A stretch of DNA of 61,899 bases, filler included, from Deltaproteobacteria bacterium (GCA_016283195.1; 6 parts of 6 records of this genome joined end to end with filler, not necessarily neighbours in it); one strand, 5' to 3'; positions 37,589 through 49,210 are shown, numbered from the whole stretch's first letter. The notes: generated by a model from the sequence alone, not told the origin. Numbers and translations are program-made.

Positions 37589-39484
37589 TCAATATAAACT
37601 ACACACACCGGGCATGGTGCTCTCGGTATCGCGTTCACAATGATAAGACAGCTCAGTATTGGCATCGCAGTCGTTATTATCCATACATTCAGAGCCTTCA
37701 CCGCCGCTCACGCAAATGCCGGAAGTATTCTCATCTGGTTGCATACAGTGGTGGCCGCTACCATCTTCTTTATGATCGCAATCACCGTCATCATCGCAAG
37801 GCGAAGCTACCGATTCCGGGTTGTTTGGATCTACCACTCCACCACTCACACACATTTTAATTGAAAGCATACAATGGTTACTTTCTTTGCAATCGCTGTC
37901 ATCATCGCAATCGCAGCGCCCTGTCCCGCTAGTGCATTGATTATCCGGCTGATTTTTATCATTATGAGCGCCGTCAACACAGGTAGATGTGCTAGCCCGG
38001 CAATATCTTTGAGTAACTTTTCCTTCACTATTAACTAATTTGCAATCATCATCATCATCGCATGGTGAATTTGTTTTGGCATCAACACAGCTATGAGTGG
38101 AAGCACGGCAAACTTTAGAATCGTCGCAATCGTCATCATCGTCACAATCAGCACCGACAATCCCGCTAACACATTTATTTGTAGAAGCACGGCAATGATT
38201 ACCAACATCACAATCGGCATCATCGTCACAGGAGTCGTCCACCCGGCCACCGACACAAATACTTTGTGATTGCCAGCAAAAATTGCCATCATCACAATCG
38301 CCGTCGTCATCACAAGGTGAGGCTTCACGATCATCTTTCGCTATGCCGCCGTGAACACATTTATGAGTGGACAAGCGGCACCAATTATCTTCATCACATT
38401 CGCTGTCGGTATCACAATCGGAAGGTTCGTCTCCATCTTTACCCCAGCCGCCGCTGACACATAAATTCGTCGATTTCCGGCAATGATGGCCAATATTACA
38501 ATCACCATCATCATCGCACTCTGTCCCGAGAGCGCCGCTCACACACTTTTTGGTAGAAGCACGGCAGAACATAGGAGCCGCTTCGGCATCGGTATTGCAA
38601 TCATCATCGGTATTGCAATCCAAAACAGGCGGATTAGGCGGAACAATCGGGTCATCGGAATTGGCATCAGAGTTGCCGTCGGGATTCTGAGCCGGATTAT
38701 CGTCGGAATTGGCATCGGAGTTGCCATCGGAATTACTGTCATCAATCCAGTCTTCGATTGTCTTATTCACCACACAGCGGCTGTCTTCGCAATGGAAGCC
38801 TGTTAGACACTGGCGGCGATTTTGGCAAACGGTATAGCAATGATCGCCATTGCAGGCAAAGCCGTTACAAAAAGTCGGAGCCGGAGCAGCCGGCGGGCAG
38901 GAACCATCACTGACACAAGCGATAGCCACTGTTTCGTAACCATCCTGGCAACTGGCGGGTGAACAGGTTAAAGGCTCCTCGGGCAGATTATAAACACACT
39001 TGCCATCTTTACACTTTTTGTCCCAGCAGGAAGCGCTGCCGGAAGGCACATTATTACACTGACTATCGTTATAACACTCCACACATTCGCCGTTATAACA
39101 GAGGCCAGAAGCGCATTTAGTACCATTTAAAGCATTTTGGTAATGACAGAAAGGCTCACCGTTTTCTACCGCGCAAGTGCCGTTTATTTTGCACTTATTT
39201 TTGCCTTCATTAAGCGGGCATTCCATGCCGTTACATTTGCCCATACAATTAGCGAGGCAATGCGGGCAGGAGTGATAAGTGGCTTCATAGCGACACTCTT
39301 TATCTTCATTATTGCAACTGCCTTCGGCGGCATAAGTAATATAAGAAGCGTCGTCGGCGCTACATTCGGCTGCGGGAGGGGTATCACAAGTTTTGTGGCA
39401 CTCTTTATCCTCACATGAACTGAGTAGCGGCAAAAATAACGTCACAGAAAACACATAAAGGTAATTAGCAAATTTAGCTTTCAT
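37589..39484 (-). CDS. Cys/Asp-rich repeat lipoprotein
   Basis: LSSC lipobox; about 10 C-DDD.DC...CR.ST..CV.G units; GGAGG RBS. Confidence 0.8.
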   Translation of the reverse strand: MKAKFANYLYVFSVTLFLPLLSSCEDKECHKTCDTPPAAECSADDASYITYAAEGSCNNEDKECRYEATYHSCPHCLANCMGKCNGMECPLNEGKNKCKINGTCAVENGEPFCHYQNALNGTKCASGLCYNGECVECYNDSQCNNVPSGSASCWDKKCKDGKCVYNLPEEPLTCSPASCQDGYETVAIACVSDGSCPPAAPAPTFCNGFACNGDHCYTVCQNRRQCLTGFHCEDSRCVVNKTIEDWIDDSNSDGNSDANSDDNPAQNPDGNSDANSDDPIVPPNPPVLDCNTDDDCNTDAEAAPMFCRASTKKCVSGALGTECDDDGDCNIGHHCRKSTNLCVSGGWGKDGDEPSDCDTDSECDEDNWCRLSTHKCVHGGIAKDDREASPCDDDGDCDDGNFCWQSQSICVGGRVDDSCDDDADCDVGNHCRASTNKCVSGIVGADCDDDDDCDDSKVCRASTHSCVDAKTNSPCDDDDDCKLVNSEGKVTQRYCRASTSTCVDGAHNDKNQPDNQCTSGTGRCDCDDDSDCKESNHCMLSIKMCVSGGVVDPNNPESVASPCDDDGDCDHKEDGSGHHCMQPDENTSGICVSGGEGSECMDNNDCDANTELSYHCERDTESTMPGVCSLY

Positions 39485-39663
39485 AGTAACCTCCTTCAGC
39501 AAAAGCACTTGCGCATTTTAGCAACCGGCGAATAAGTTGTCCATGCTTTTTTTTAGACACAAAAACATTTATTTCAATATTGCTATTAATGTCTAACGAG
39601 CTCCTTGAAATCTCTAAACAAAGCCTTTACAATTGCTGCGGATATTTTGCCAAGGAGGGCACC

Positions 39664-41823
39664 ATGTATATCCGCAAGACCAACACCATTTATGCAATAA
39701 GCCTCTTAACTGTCACGCTCCTTGCCTGTAGCAAAACACCGCCGGAGGCTGCCAAAACCACCATCCCGGAGGGTTCGCCTTGCACCAACAGCGATGCCGT
39801 TGTCTGCGAGAGCGGCACAACTTGCTATAGCGATGGCTTTTGCCGCAAGATGTGCCAGGTTTCGGAAGATTGCGCTCCTGTTCAACAATGCTATGGCGAT
39901 GTCTGCCTGGCTGTGGCCACTCCGCTCTGTACCAGAAACGAAGATTGTCAAAAGAACGTGCCACAGTGCGTGAATGTGGGCTCAGCTAAATGTGTGGCCG
40001 GAAATTGCGCCTACACCAACGAGCCACAAAGTAAATCCTGCGATGATAACAACACCTGTACAATAAATGACCATTGCGATGGCAAAGGTGGCTGCTTCGG
40101 CGAGGCCGTTATCTGCAATAATCCACCGGCTACCTCCTGCAACGATGCCGATGACACTTACATCAGCTATGCTGCCACCGGCACTTGCAAAGACAATGAT
40201 GGCCAAACTGAATGTGTATATGAAAAAAGCGAAACATCATGCGCAAGTTGCCGCGAAAACTGCTTGCACAGATGCGATGGAGTTGTCTGCCCCGCCAGTG
40301 CCGATGGTTGTCAGCTCGGCTCTTGCGACCCAACAAGTTTCTTAGAACCTCCCTGTACCTTTAAAAATGTTGAAGACGGTACTCTTTGTAGCACCTCTGA
40401 ATTTGACGGCCGATGTATAAGCGGCTCTTGTGCAGAATGTGATGCCAACTCTGAATGTTCCATCGGAGAGCAAGAATGGCCCAGCTGCTTTGCCGCTATA
40501 TGCTCAGATAGCAAAAGATGCGAAGTAATCCCAACAGCCGGCGAAGCTTGCGGAAATATTTGTAAAAATGGCATTATGTATGCCACTGGCAGTTGCGCTG
40601 CCGATGGTAGCTGTGATGCCAATACAGATAGCTGCGGGGTCTATACCTGTAATCAAGCTGGTAGTGCTTGCCTCACCTCCTGCCAAACCAACGATGATTG
40701 CATTGAAACTCATATTTGCTTTGAAAATGCTTGTATTGAATCAAATCTCATTCCCAACGGCACAACCGGCTGCACCAATAATGCAGAATGTCGCAACAAT
40801 CACTGCGACACTTCAACCGTTGGCCCGGAAACCGGCCGTTGCTGTAAAGGCGATGAATGTTGCGACGAGCGCGCCGATTGCCCCGCCCACACCTATTGCG
40901 ACAATGACAAATTTGAATGTGTTACCAGCGTAGTAGGCACAAGTTGCCAAAGCGATAACGACTGTGCCGTTGGTAATTTCTGCCGCGAGTCCACCAAACA
41001 ATGTGTAAGCGGAGATAATGGCACCGGTTGTGATGATGCCAGCGACTGTAAAAGCCAAAAATGTCGTGCTTCCACTCACGTTTGCATTTCCGGCGATGTA
41101 GGTTCATCCTGCGATGATAATAATGATTGCATATTAAATCATTGCCGTCCGTCCAGTCGCACCTGCGTTTCCGGCGAAAAAGGTTCTTCATGCGATAACG
41201 ATAGCAACTGCAATACCAATTTAAACTGCGTCGGCTTCATTTGCGTAACTGGCGCCAATGGCTCAACCTGTACCAAAGATAGTGAATGCCTCTCCAACCA
41301 TTGCCGCCTGTCAGAGCACAAATGCGTCAGCGGCGAAGTAGACGCCGGTTGCGATGACGACAGCAACTGCAATTCCGATAACCACTGTATTGCTTCCAAA
41401 CATATTTGCGGTGGCGGCGGAAAAGGTGATTTTTGTGATGACGACGGCGACTGCGACAGCGGCCATCATTGTCGTGAGTCAACCCACCTGTGTGTGGGCG
41501 GCGGAGTTGGTGATCTCTGTGACGACGACGGCGACTGTGACAGCAATATATATTGCCAAAAAACAACTCACAAATGTGTTAACGGTGGCATTGGCGACCC
41601 CTGTGACAACGACGGTGATTGTAGCGGCGGTACTGCCGCCGGCTTCAAAAACCACTGCCGGCTGTCAACCCATGTGTGTGTGGGCGGCGGCGAAGACGAC
41701 CCGTGTGACGATGACCAGGACTGTGATGAAGGATTTTTCTGCCGCCTCTCCACCAATAAGTGTGTAAGCGGTGAAACAGGCTCTCTTTGCGATGATGAAG
41801 GCGACTGCGCCAACAGCACCTCC
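39664..41823 (+). CDS. Cys/Asp-rich repeat lipoprotein (3' truncated by gap)
   Basis: LLAC lipobox; about 11 units of the same repeat; GGAGG RBS. Confidence 0.8.
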
Positions 41824-41923
41824 NNNNNNNNNNNNNNNNNNNNNNNNNNNNNNNNNNNNNNNNNNNNTTAATTAATTAANNNNNNNNNNNNNNNNNNNNN
41901 NNNNNNNNNNNNNNNNNNNNNNN
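41824..41923. other. Artificial contig linker
   Basis: N run around TTAATTAATTAA. Confidence 0.98.
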
Positions 41924-42082
41924 GAGCAGACAGAAAAGAACGAAATTTCAAGGAAAAATGAGCAGGAGGTAAGGCAGGAGATAGCCCAAAAGTTATCCGC
42001 CTTAAATATGGATGCCGCTAGCATTGCCGCGGCGACAGGTCTTACAAAAGAAGATATTGCGGCGGTTTTCCCCAAAAAATAA
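41924..42082 (+). CDS. C-terminal end of an Rpn/PD-(D/E)XK-family-like protein (5' truncated)
   Basis: Hand translation ...RQEIAQKLSALNMDAASIAAATGLTKEDI...*. Confidence 0.6.
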   Translation, partial: EQTEKNEISRKNEQEVRQEIAQKLSALNMDAASIAAATGLTKEDIAAVFPKK

Positions 42083-42165
42083 AAAGCCTACTTTGTGTTC
42101 CAGATCACACCACCAGAAATTCTCTTTTGTTTTCAGTAAGTTACGCACTCAAAAAAACATAACAT

Positions 42166-42318
42166 TTGCTAACTTTTGGCGAGTTCGCCCACTTCTGGTC
42201 AGCCTCGGAAAACGGTACCTTAGACGCCTACTACTTCAAGTTATCTAATAGCGGCATTGCGAAAGTGTTGTTCGATGAACAGGAAAACGCTTTCTCCGTC
42301 TGCTGCCTCAAGGACTAG
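42166..42318 (+). pseudogene. Second orphan Fib_succ_major (FISUMP)-like C-terminal tail
   Basis: Hand translation LLTFGEFAHFWSASENGTLDAYYFKLSNSGIAKVLFDEQENAFSVCCLKD*; in-frame stop at 42160. Confidence 0.75.
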
Positions 42319-42348
42319 AGCACTTACCAGTCCCCTCATTTTCGCTTA

Positions 42349-42786
42349 TTATGCAAACCAATTTTCTATTTTCAGCGGAAAATATGCTGCTATTTCGCTA
42401 AAATCTTTCACATTGCGTGTTACGAGTATCAGATTATTAGCTAGAGCTGTAGCCGCAATTTGCGCATCCTGGTAAGGTACTCTTTTTCCTACTGCTTCAA
42501 GTGCCTGAAACATATCAGCCTGAATATCGGCACATTCTCGTGTATATGGCACAAAATCATATACCAGAGCTATTTGCTCTTTCGCATAAGCTAGTAAAAA
42601 TTCCTTTTTTTTCCCGGCAGGAAGGCGTTTTATACCCTTTTGTATTTCATACCATGAAATGGTTGACAGCGAGCAATATTCCACTAAAACATCAAGCTTT
42701 TCAATAACACTTGGGGTTGGATTAAGTTTTGCCCCCTCGGATACAATATTGGTATCAAGCAGGTAGATTGCTTTTCTTACTGCCAT
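42349..42786 (-). CDS. vapC: VapC family PIN toxin
   Basis: YLLDTNIVSE, DAQIAATA, LVTRNVKDF. Confidence 0.9.
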   Translation of the reverse strand: MAVRKAIYLLDTNIVSEGAKLNPTPSVIEKLDVLVEYCSLSTISWYEIQKGIKRLPAGKKKEFLLAYAKEQIALVYDFVPYTRECADIQADMFQALEAVGKRVPYQDAQIAATALANNLILVTRNVKDFSEIAAYFPLKIENWFA

Positions 42787-43046
42787 TCTGCGGACTCCGT
42801 TCCTCTAAGCTGTTCTGTTTTGTCGCGCACATTTTCAAAAACGGCGTCAAGGTCAGCATTTTCTTCTTTATTTTCAAGGAAATCAGCAAATTTTGCTCGA
42901 AACGCAGCCAGAGTTTTAGAATAGGAAATTCGGCCCGTGCTTTCCTGGTCCTCTACCACAATCAAAACCTGCTGGCTTGGTTTGAAGGTATATTCCTGCA
43001 AAGGAATAAATCTGGTTCCGTCATAATATGCTTTTACAGCCATCAT
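42777..43046 (-). CDS. Putative antitoxin (AF2212/DUF104-like)
   Basis: AVKAYYDGTRFIPL; overlaps the vapC start; GGAGG RBS. Confidence 0.7.
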   Translation of the reverse strand: MMAVKAYYDGTRFIPLQEYTFKPSQQVLIVVEDQESTGRISYSKTLAAFRAKFADFLENKEENADLDAVFENVRDKTEQLRGTESAEWQ

Positions 43047-43317
43047 AATAAGCACCTCCGCTGACTTTTATAACATAAGAGCTCATGTTTAGTCACCTCT
43101 GAGGATTGCTACTAGCGCCAAGAGTTTAATGTCTACTTTCCCTCTGCTGCCTTCCGGCCCCTAATACTACCTGCTCTCCCGGCTTTTTTAAGCTTTTATG
43201 AGCCCTATTTGAGCCGCAAGCGCCCCAAAATTAAAATTTAGAAAAATATTCAAGAAAATCTTTTGCATGAAACTCGCCACTGGGTCTAATAAGGAGAACT
43301 TTTTTAGGAGGACGAAT

Positions 43318-46194
43318 ATGTCTGATATTTCTTCACTTGGAACAAATCCCATTTTAGTCAGCCAAAACTTTATCCCCGATGAGAATGATATTCCCGTCGA
43401 TCAGCGGCCGGCCCACTATGCCAACATAGCCGCTAATTTAAGAGAACTGGTGGCCGGTTCTCCTTCGCTCGATGAAAATGCCGCCAAAACTCTTTTGGAA
43501 GTTATCAGCCATTTGGAATCCAAAGGCGTCACTGATTTGGGCGCCTTAAAAGTGCAAATAAATACCAAAACCGTAAAACCGCCGGTTACCGGCCTGGCTG
43601 CTTCCAAACCCCTGCCGGATGCGCCTGTCAGCGGCTTGCAACACCAGGCTGCCCCCAGCGGGCCGGTGATTTCGGAGATTAATACCACCTCGGTTTTGGG
43701 TGATCTAATGGTGGATGAAAACCCGCTCGCCACCAAAACGGAAGCTTTTATCAAAAGTTTAGTGCCCACATATCATCCCGCAGAATTTTTAGCCGGCTTT
43801 ATGGCTCTTAACGACGAGCTCAAAAAATCGGCGGAAGCGCAAAAGAAAATAGCTATAGAAAATGGCACGACTGTCCAGGATTTACCGGAATTTACTCAAA
43901 AATATCTCCAGGAGGCCTTTTCTGCCTTAACTAATGACGAATTAAAAGCGCTGGCCAATATCTTAAGCGGCGAGGATTTAAAAAATCTAATCAGCGCACT
44001 CAGAAGCGAAGGACAGGAACTCTACTTTCGCCATCTCCGGGATGTTGTTAAAGTAAGTTGTGGCATAAATATTTTAAGAGCTATCGAGAATTTTAGCGAG
44101 TATAAAGCCGCGCTTAAAAATGTTATGGACGAGCGGCTACCCGATTATGTACCTGAGCCGCAGGCTCTAACTTTTGAAGCTGTTGATGAAGCCAATGAAG
44201 CGGAGGTAAAAGCCTTTTTACCGCAAGCCGAGGAAGCTGCAGAAGCTAACATATTCGGTTCCATGAATAATATGCTGGATGATATTCTGGCCAGCCAGGA
44301 TAACGGTGGCATTATCCACGCCATAGGTGAGTTTAAAAAGAATTTTTCCGGCGCCACCAGCCCTACTTATACTAATTCGGAATCTTTTAAGGCATTTGTC
44401 ACTAAAAGCTGGCGCGATATTGCCGCCCAAACAGAACCGGCCGTTTTAAAGCAGATTGTCGCCCGTTTACAGGAAGAGCCCTTTGCTACTCTCAGCGCCT
44501 CAGCGCAAAATACTTCTCCAGCCAGTGATATCAAGGAGATTAAATCTGTTTTTGAAGGCGAGCAGATAAAGAGAGCCACTGCTGCCTTGCCCAAAAATAT
44601 TGAGGTGCATGGTCTTACACCTTTTAACTATGTGGTGCCCTCATTTTCCAAATGGGATAATTTTAAGCGCGCGATAAGCAACTTTTTTGCCACCATATTT
44701 ACCTTTAAAGCCCACCATAGCCTAAATGAAGAGCAAATGATTAAAAGGGCTAAAGAATTTGGCCAGGAATACGGCCACCTGATGTGGCAAATGAGTGACG
44801 AAGGCTTTCAAAGCCTAGATATCCAAAAGCAGGTTGCCAGCGAACTAAGTGCGCATAATCCCAACATGACGCCCAAAGAGGCCCAAAAAATGGCCCGAAC
44901 CATTACGCAAGCCATGATTAGCGGCGGCACAGACTGGTGCCATAAACATATTGGCGATTTCAGCAAATTGCCGGATGATGACCTGCGCCGGGCTCTCGTT
45001 TTTAATGACCTGGTAAGCATCGCCGATGGTCTTGGCATTAAACTCGATTATCTTACTCCCGAGGAAGCTACCGGCATCAAAGAAAAAATTCTTCTCTATA
45101 TCAAAGAGGCCGAAAGTAAGCCGGATTTTTCAGCCGCTACTGTTGAAAGTATTGTTAAAGATTCGCTTACAGAAGTGGCTAAAGTCAATCACCTGCGCCT
45201 TTTGGGGCTAACTCCCGCCGAACCGGAAAGTTTGCAGAATACGGCCGCCTGGCTGATAAATGCCACCAGCCAGCATTTGCCGAATATTGGTAAATTCCTG
45301 GCCATCGCCACCAAATTGGAAATAGCGGTGCATAAAGAGGCCGATGCCAAATTTCAGCAAAAAAGACTGGCAAAACCCGACTGCACACCGCCGGGCAGAG
45401 ATGATTATAAAGCCATAAGACAAGAGACTTTTAATGGCCTCATCAGCCAGCTGAATGACACCCAGCTTATCCATTTGATGAAAATGGCCGATACCAAAGA
45501 CTTTAAGACTCTGGCCACCTCGCTTGATTTATTCACCGATGATCTTTCCGGCCAGGGTATCTATGGTGATAACGCCGTGGTATTCGTCGATAGTCTGGAA
45601 GAAATAATGACCGGTTTATATGAGGCCGCAGCTAATGCCGTGATAAATCGCGGGCTGGATGCCGGAATACCAAATCTTGAAAGTGAATTAAATTTCCGTA
45701 TCACTAAGGCGAATATTCCCGCCCACCTGAAAGAGCCCATGATAGCCCTAAATAATACCGTAATCGATGCCGGCCATATTGAAGCCAGGGAGCGCCTGGA
45801 CGGTATTTTTGAAACTATTACCCAAGGTTCTATCGGCCATATTCAATTTAGCGCGGAGGGCAATCTGGTGCTGCAGCTGAAAAATTTACGCGCCTGGACT
45901 CATACCAGCAGCACTATTCCGGACGAAGTCCAGGCCTTTAATGATTTCTTTAACAATCTGCTTAGCGAAGATTTGCCTAAAATGTCTAAAGAAGATTTTT
46001 CCAAACTGCTGCAGGCTTTAGAGGCAGAAGGTATTACCAGCCTGCATGCCGAGTTTGCTGATTTTATGCAAAAACAAATAGATGGAGAATTGCCGCCGCC
46101 TTCCCACGAAAACAATATGGCCCACGAAACTCTTAAAATGCTGGAAACTGCTGTGCAGGCGGAAAAAGCCAGAAGAGAAGCGAGCCACATCTAA
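43318..46194 (+). CDS. Large helical hypothetical protein, paralogue A
   Basis: Long ORF, AGGAGG RBS, blocks shared with the 46501 ORF. Confidence 0.8.
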   Translation: MSDISSLGTNPILVSQNFIPDENDIPVDQRPAHYANIAANLRELVAGSPSLDENAAKTLLEVISHLESKGVTDLGALKVQINTKTVKPPVTGLAASKPLPDAPVSGLQHQAAPSGPVISEINTTSVLGDLMVDENPLATKTEAFIKSLVPTYHPAEFLAGFMALNDELKKSAEAQKKIAIENGTTVQDLPEFTQKYLQEAFSALTNDELKALANILSGEDLKNLISALRSEGQELYFRHLRDVVKVSCGINILRAIENFSEYKAALKNVMDERLPDYVPEPQALTFEAVDEANEAEVKAFLPQAEEAAEANIFGSMNNMLDDILASQDNGGIIHAIGEFKKNFSGATSPTYTNSESFKAFVTKSWRDIAAQTEPAVLKQIVARLQEEPFATLSASAQNTSPASDIKEIKSVFEGEQIKRATAALPKNIEVHGLTPFNYVVPSFSKWDNFKRAISNFFATIFTFKAHHSLNEEQMIKRAKEFGQEYGHLMWQMSDEGFQSLDIQKQVASELSAHNPNMTPKEAQKMARTITQAMISGGTDWCHKHIGDFSKLPDDDLRRALVFNDLVSIADGLGIKLDYLTPEEATGIKEKILLYIKEAESKPDFSAATVESIVKDSLTEVAKVNHLRLLGLTPAEPESLQNTAAWLINATSQHLPNIGKFLAIATKLEIAVHKEADAKFQQKRLAKPDCTPPGRDDYKAIRQETFNGLISQLNDTQLIHLMKMADTKDFKTLATSLDLFTDDLSGQGIYGDNAVVFVDSLEEIMTGLYEAAANAVINRGLDAGIPNLESELNFRITKANIPAHLKEPMIALNNTVIDAGHIEARERLDGIFETITQGSIGHIQFSAEGNLVLQLKNLRAWTHTSSTIPDEVQAFNDFFNNLLSEDLPKMSKEDFSKLLQALEAEGITSLHAEFADFMQKQIDGELPPPSHENNMAHETLKMLETAVQAEKARREASHI

Positions 46195-46287
46195 GAAGGG
46201 GAATAATTTACTATATTTTCTTCATAATTTTTTAATAAAAATCCTTTACAAATTCTCATTCTTTTAAACAGGCGGTAACTACTCATC

Positions 46288-46416
46288 ATGAAGCTAGGCC
46301 ACATAATGGCGATAGGCTTCAGCGATGATAATCTGGCCCTTGAAGCGCTGAATTTATTGAAAGCAGCTCTCGGTGAGCAAATAAGTAGCTACGCCGTACA
46401 AATTTTATTTGCTTAA
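46288..46416 (+). pseudogene. Remnant resembling the C-terminus of paralogue A
   Basis: DDNLALEALNLLKAAL versus ENNMAHETLKMLETAV. Confidence 0.4.
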
Positions 46417-46500
46417 CCAGTACATTTTTCTTGTGACAAATATCCTTTACTTTCTCCCTTTTTTTGAGAAAATTGCCCCAACTTTTTTTAGGAGGATCCT

Positions 46501-48800
46501 ATGTCCGGTATAAGTTTAGAGCTACAAACACATCTTTCAACCATTACCAGCCTTTCGGCCGCCGAAAGTTCTGGCACAGTCAAAGCTGCTGATAATAAAG
46601 CAAAATATCAAGAAATAGCTTCTAGTATCAAAACGCTGATTAGCACCGAAAGCGCCCTTACACCGGAAACATCAAGCACACTTTTAAATATTATCGACAA
46701 ATTGGAAAAGGCTGGCGTGGCCGACCTGGGCCCGCTAAAAGCCAGTGTTGCAGCTTTAACCGCCAAGCCGGAATTAAAAGTCTCCGTCCCTACTACGGCG
46801 CCGGCCGCTCCGGCTCCTTCAGACAGTTTAAAAACTTCCGCTGCCCCCAGTGGGCCGGTTGGCGCAGCGGTAGCTGCCGGTTCTATACTCTCCGACATTG
46901 TGCTTGATGAAGATCCGCTTAAGAGTGCTGCCAAAGCTTTTGTGGAAAGTCTTATTCCGGCCAGTAATCCCATAAAATTTTTGGGCAGTTTTTTTGATCT
47001 CGGCACCGAGCTTTATCAATCGACGGTCGCCGCAGCGGCGGCAAAAGGCAAAGATGGTATTGGCACCGAGGATATAAATGCCTTGGCCAGCGCCTATTTT
47101 AGCCAATTTTTTGCCGAGCTTAGCGATAAAGATCTCAAACAATTGGCCAGCGCTTTTTCGGAGCCAGTAATTAAAAACCTGGCCAGCTCTTTTAATAATG
47201 CCGGCGCCGATTTGGTAAATAGTTCCGACCTAGTAAAAATGCTGACTGGCACCAATATTCTGCGGGGCACACGCAATTTTGAGACCATTACCAAAGCGCT
47301 GGAAGATGTCTTAAAAGCCCGCAATATTACCGTAAGCCATGATTTTAAGGTTGACCCCGATGCCGAGCCGACAGAACTTACAGCGGTGGTTCTTAAAGGT
47401 GTACTAATAGAAGCCGAGAAAATGACCGATGAATTTCTCGGTGAGCAGGCTAAAGAGCTTTTAACCACTGTTTTAACCAGCACCTCCTTTGCTGACATCA
47501 CCGCTGCTTTTGGCGAATTTGAAGCCCTTTTCCCCAGTGGCAGCGCGACTACGCCCCCCTTTAAAAAAATGCTCGCCAAGTATTGGAGTGGCCCCATTAA
47601 AAAGCTGCAAACACCAAATTTGAGTTCGCTGCTTTCTGCTTTTGACCATGCGCCGTTGCTCGATTTAGTTGAAAGAAAGATAACTAGCGGAGCCGATCTT
47701 TCACCCCAGGATATGGTAGCCAATGAAATGGCCACCTATGCTAAAAATATTAAAAAAATGGCTCAAGATGAGCTTATCAGCCGCACTTCAAAGGCCCTCT
47801 CCAACGGTACAGCCATTTATGGCCTCGATAACTTCGACTTTACCGTGCCCTCTTTTTCCAAATGGGAGAATTTTAAGCGCGGCATAGCTAACTTTTTTGG
47901 CAATATTTTCTCTTCAAGGCGCCCCATTGCTCCAGATGGTGCGCAAATGCAATATAGAGCCCGCGAATTTGGTAAAGAGCATGGGCGCATTATGTGGCAG
48001 ATTCAGCAGGATGGCTTTAGTACTATTGATGTGGAAAATTATGTGGCCGGAGAGCTGGCCCAGCGCAATCCCAATATGGATGCCAAAGATGTGCGCGCCA
48101 TGGCGGTCTTGATTACCGAGCAAATGAATATTGGGGCCGCAGAATGGCGTAAGGCCACACTTGGTGTTGATACTATTCCTGCGGATGATTTTCGCCACAC
48201 GCTTATTAGCCAGAATATCCAAAGCCTGGCCAAAGATTTGGGTGTTAGTATAGACCTTATTGATCCGGAAAAAGATGTGGCGATAAGAGAAAAAATTCTA
48301 ATGGATATTAAAGACGCTGCCGACAAAAAAGGCGAGCAGATTGATATCACTACCGGCGAACCCTTTAAGCTTACCCCAGCAGAAATGAAAGCTATTGCCA
48401 AAACGGCCATCGAAAGCTTGGCGGCAGTGCAACATAATTACCTTTTGCGCCTGATTCCTGAAGAACCGGCCAAACTGGATACAGTAGATGAACTCACTCA
48501 ATATATGGTGAGTGCCGCCAGCCAGGATATTCCCGATATTGATAAATTTTTTACCGCCGCCGCCAAGTTGGAAGGCGCTATTCAGGCCAAACTTGAGGCC
48601 GATTTCAAACAAAAACGGCTAAATGATCCCAATACTCCCCCACCAGGAGGCGATGATTTTTCCCGCGCCCGCTCTGGTGCCTTTCAAACGGTGCTTGGCG
48701 CTTTGACTAACGATCAAATAAAGCATCTTGCCACCATGGTCACCGGGCGGGAGTTCCGGCTAGTGCAGGAATCGGCCAACGAACTGGCCGAAAAGTTCAA
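46501..48800 (+). CDS. Large helical hypothetical protein, paralogue B (3' truncated)
   Basis: Shares AAPSGPV, VPSFSKW.NFKR, RA.EFG.E.G, NPNM, PPG.DD with paralogue A. Confidence 0.8.
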
Positions 48801-48900
48801 NNNNNNNNNNNNNNNNNNNNNNNNNNNNNNNNNNNNNNNNNNNNTTAATTAATTAANNNNNNNNNNNNNNNNNNNNNNNNNNNNNNNNNNNNNNNNNNNN
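48801..48900. other. Artificial contig linker
   Basis: N run around TTAATTAATTAA. Confidence 0.98.
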
Positions 48901-49210
48901 CAAAGTAGCCGGCATTGCAGTAAAGATAGCCGCCATTGCCATTTGGTAAACCATTGGCTTTGGGCAGATTTTCCGGGCTATAGATGACATAAGAAGAGCC
49001 ATCGGCCGGGCAAATAACTATGCCGTGGTCGGCATCTTTTTTCACCACATAGCAGCCCTCACCATCGCTCCCTGCATCGCCCTTGAAACCTTGCGGGCCC
49101 TGTTTGCCTTCTGGACCTTGCTTCCCTTCCGGCCCTTGTTCACCGGCACCGCCACAGGCCGTGAGGGCGAGAGTTAACATTGCTGAAACTAAGAGATTAC
49201 ACTTCTTCAT
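48901..49210 (-). CDS. Lipoprotein with short collagen-like repeat (3' truncated)
   Basis: LTAC lipobox; GEQGPEGKQGPEGKQGPQGFKGDAG; GGAG RBS. Confidence 0.8.
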
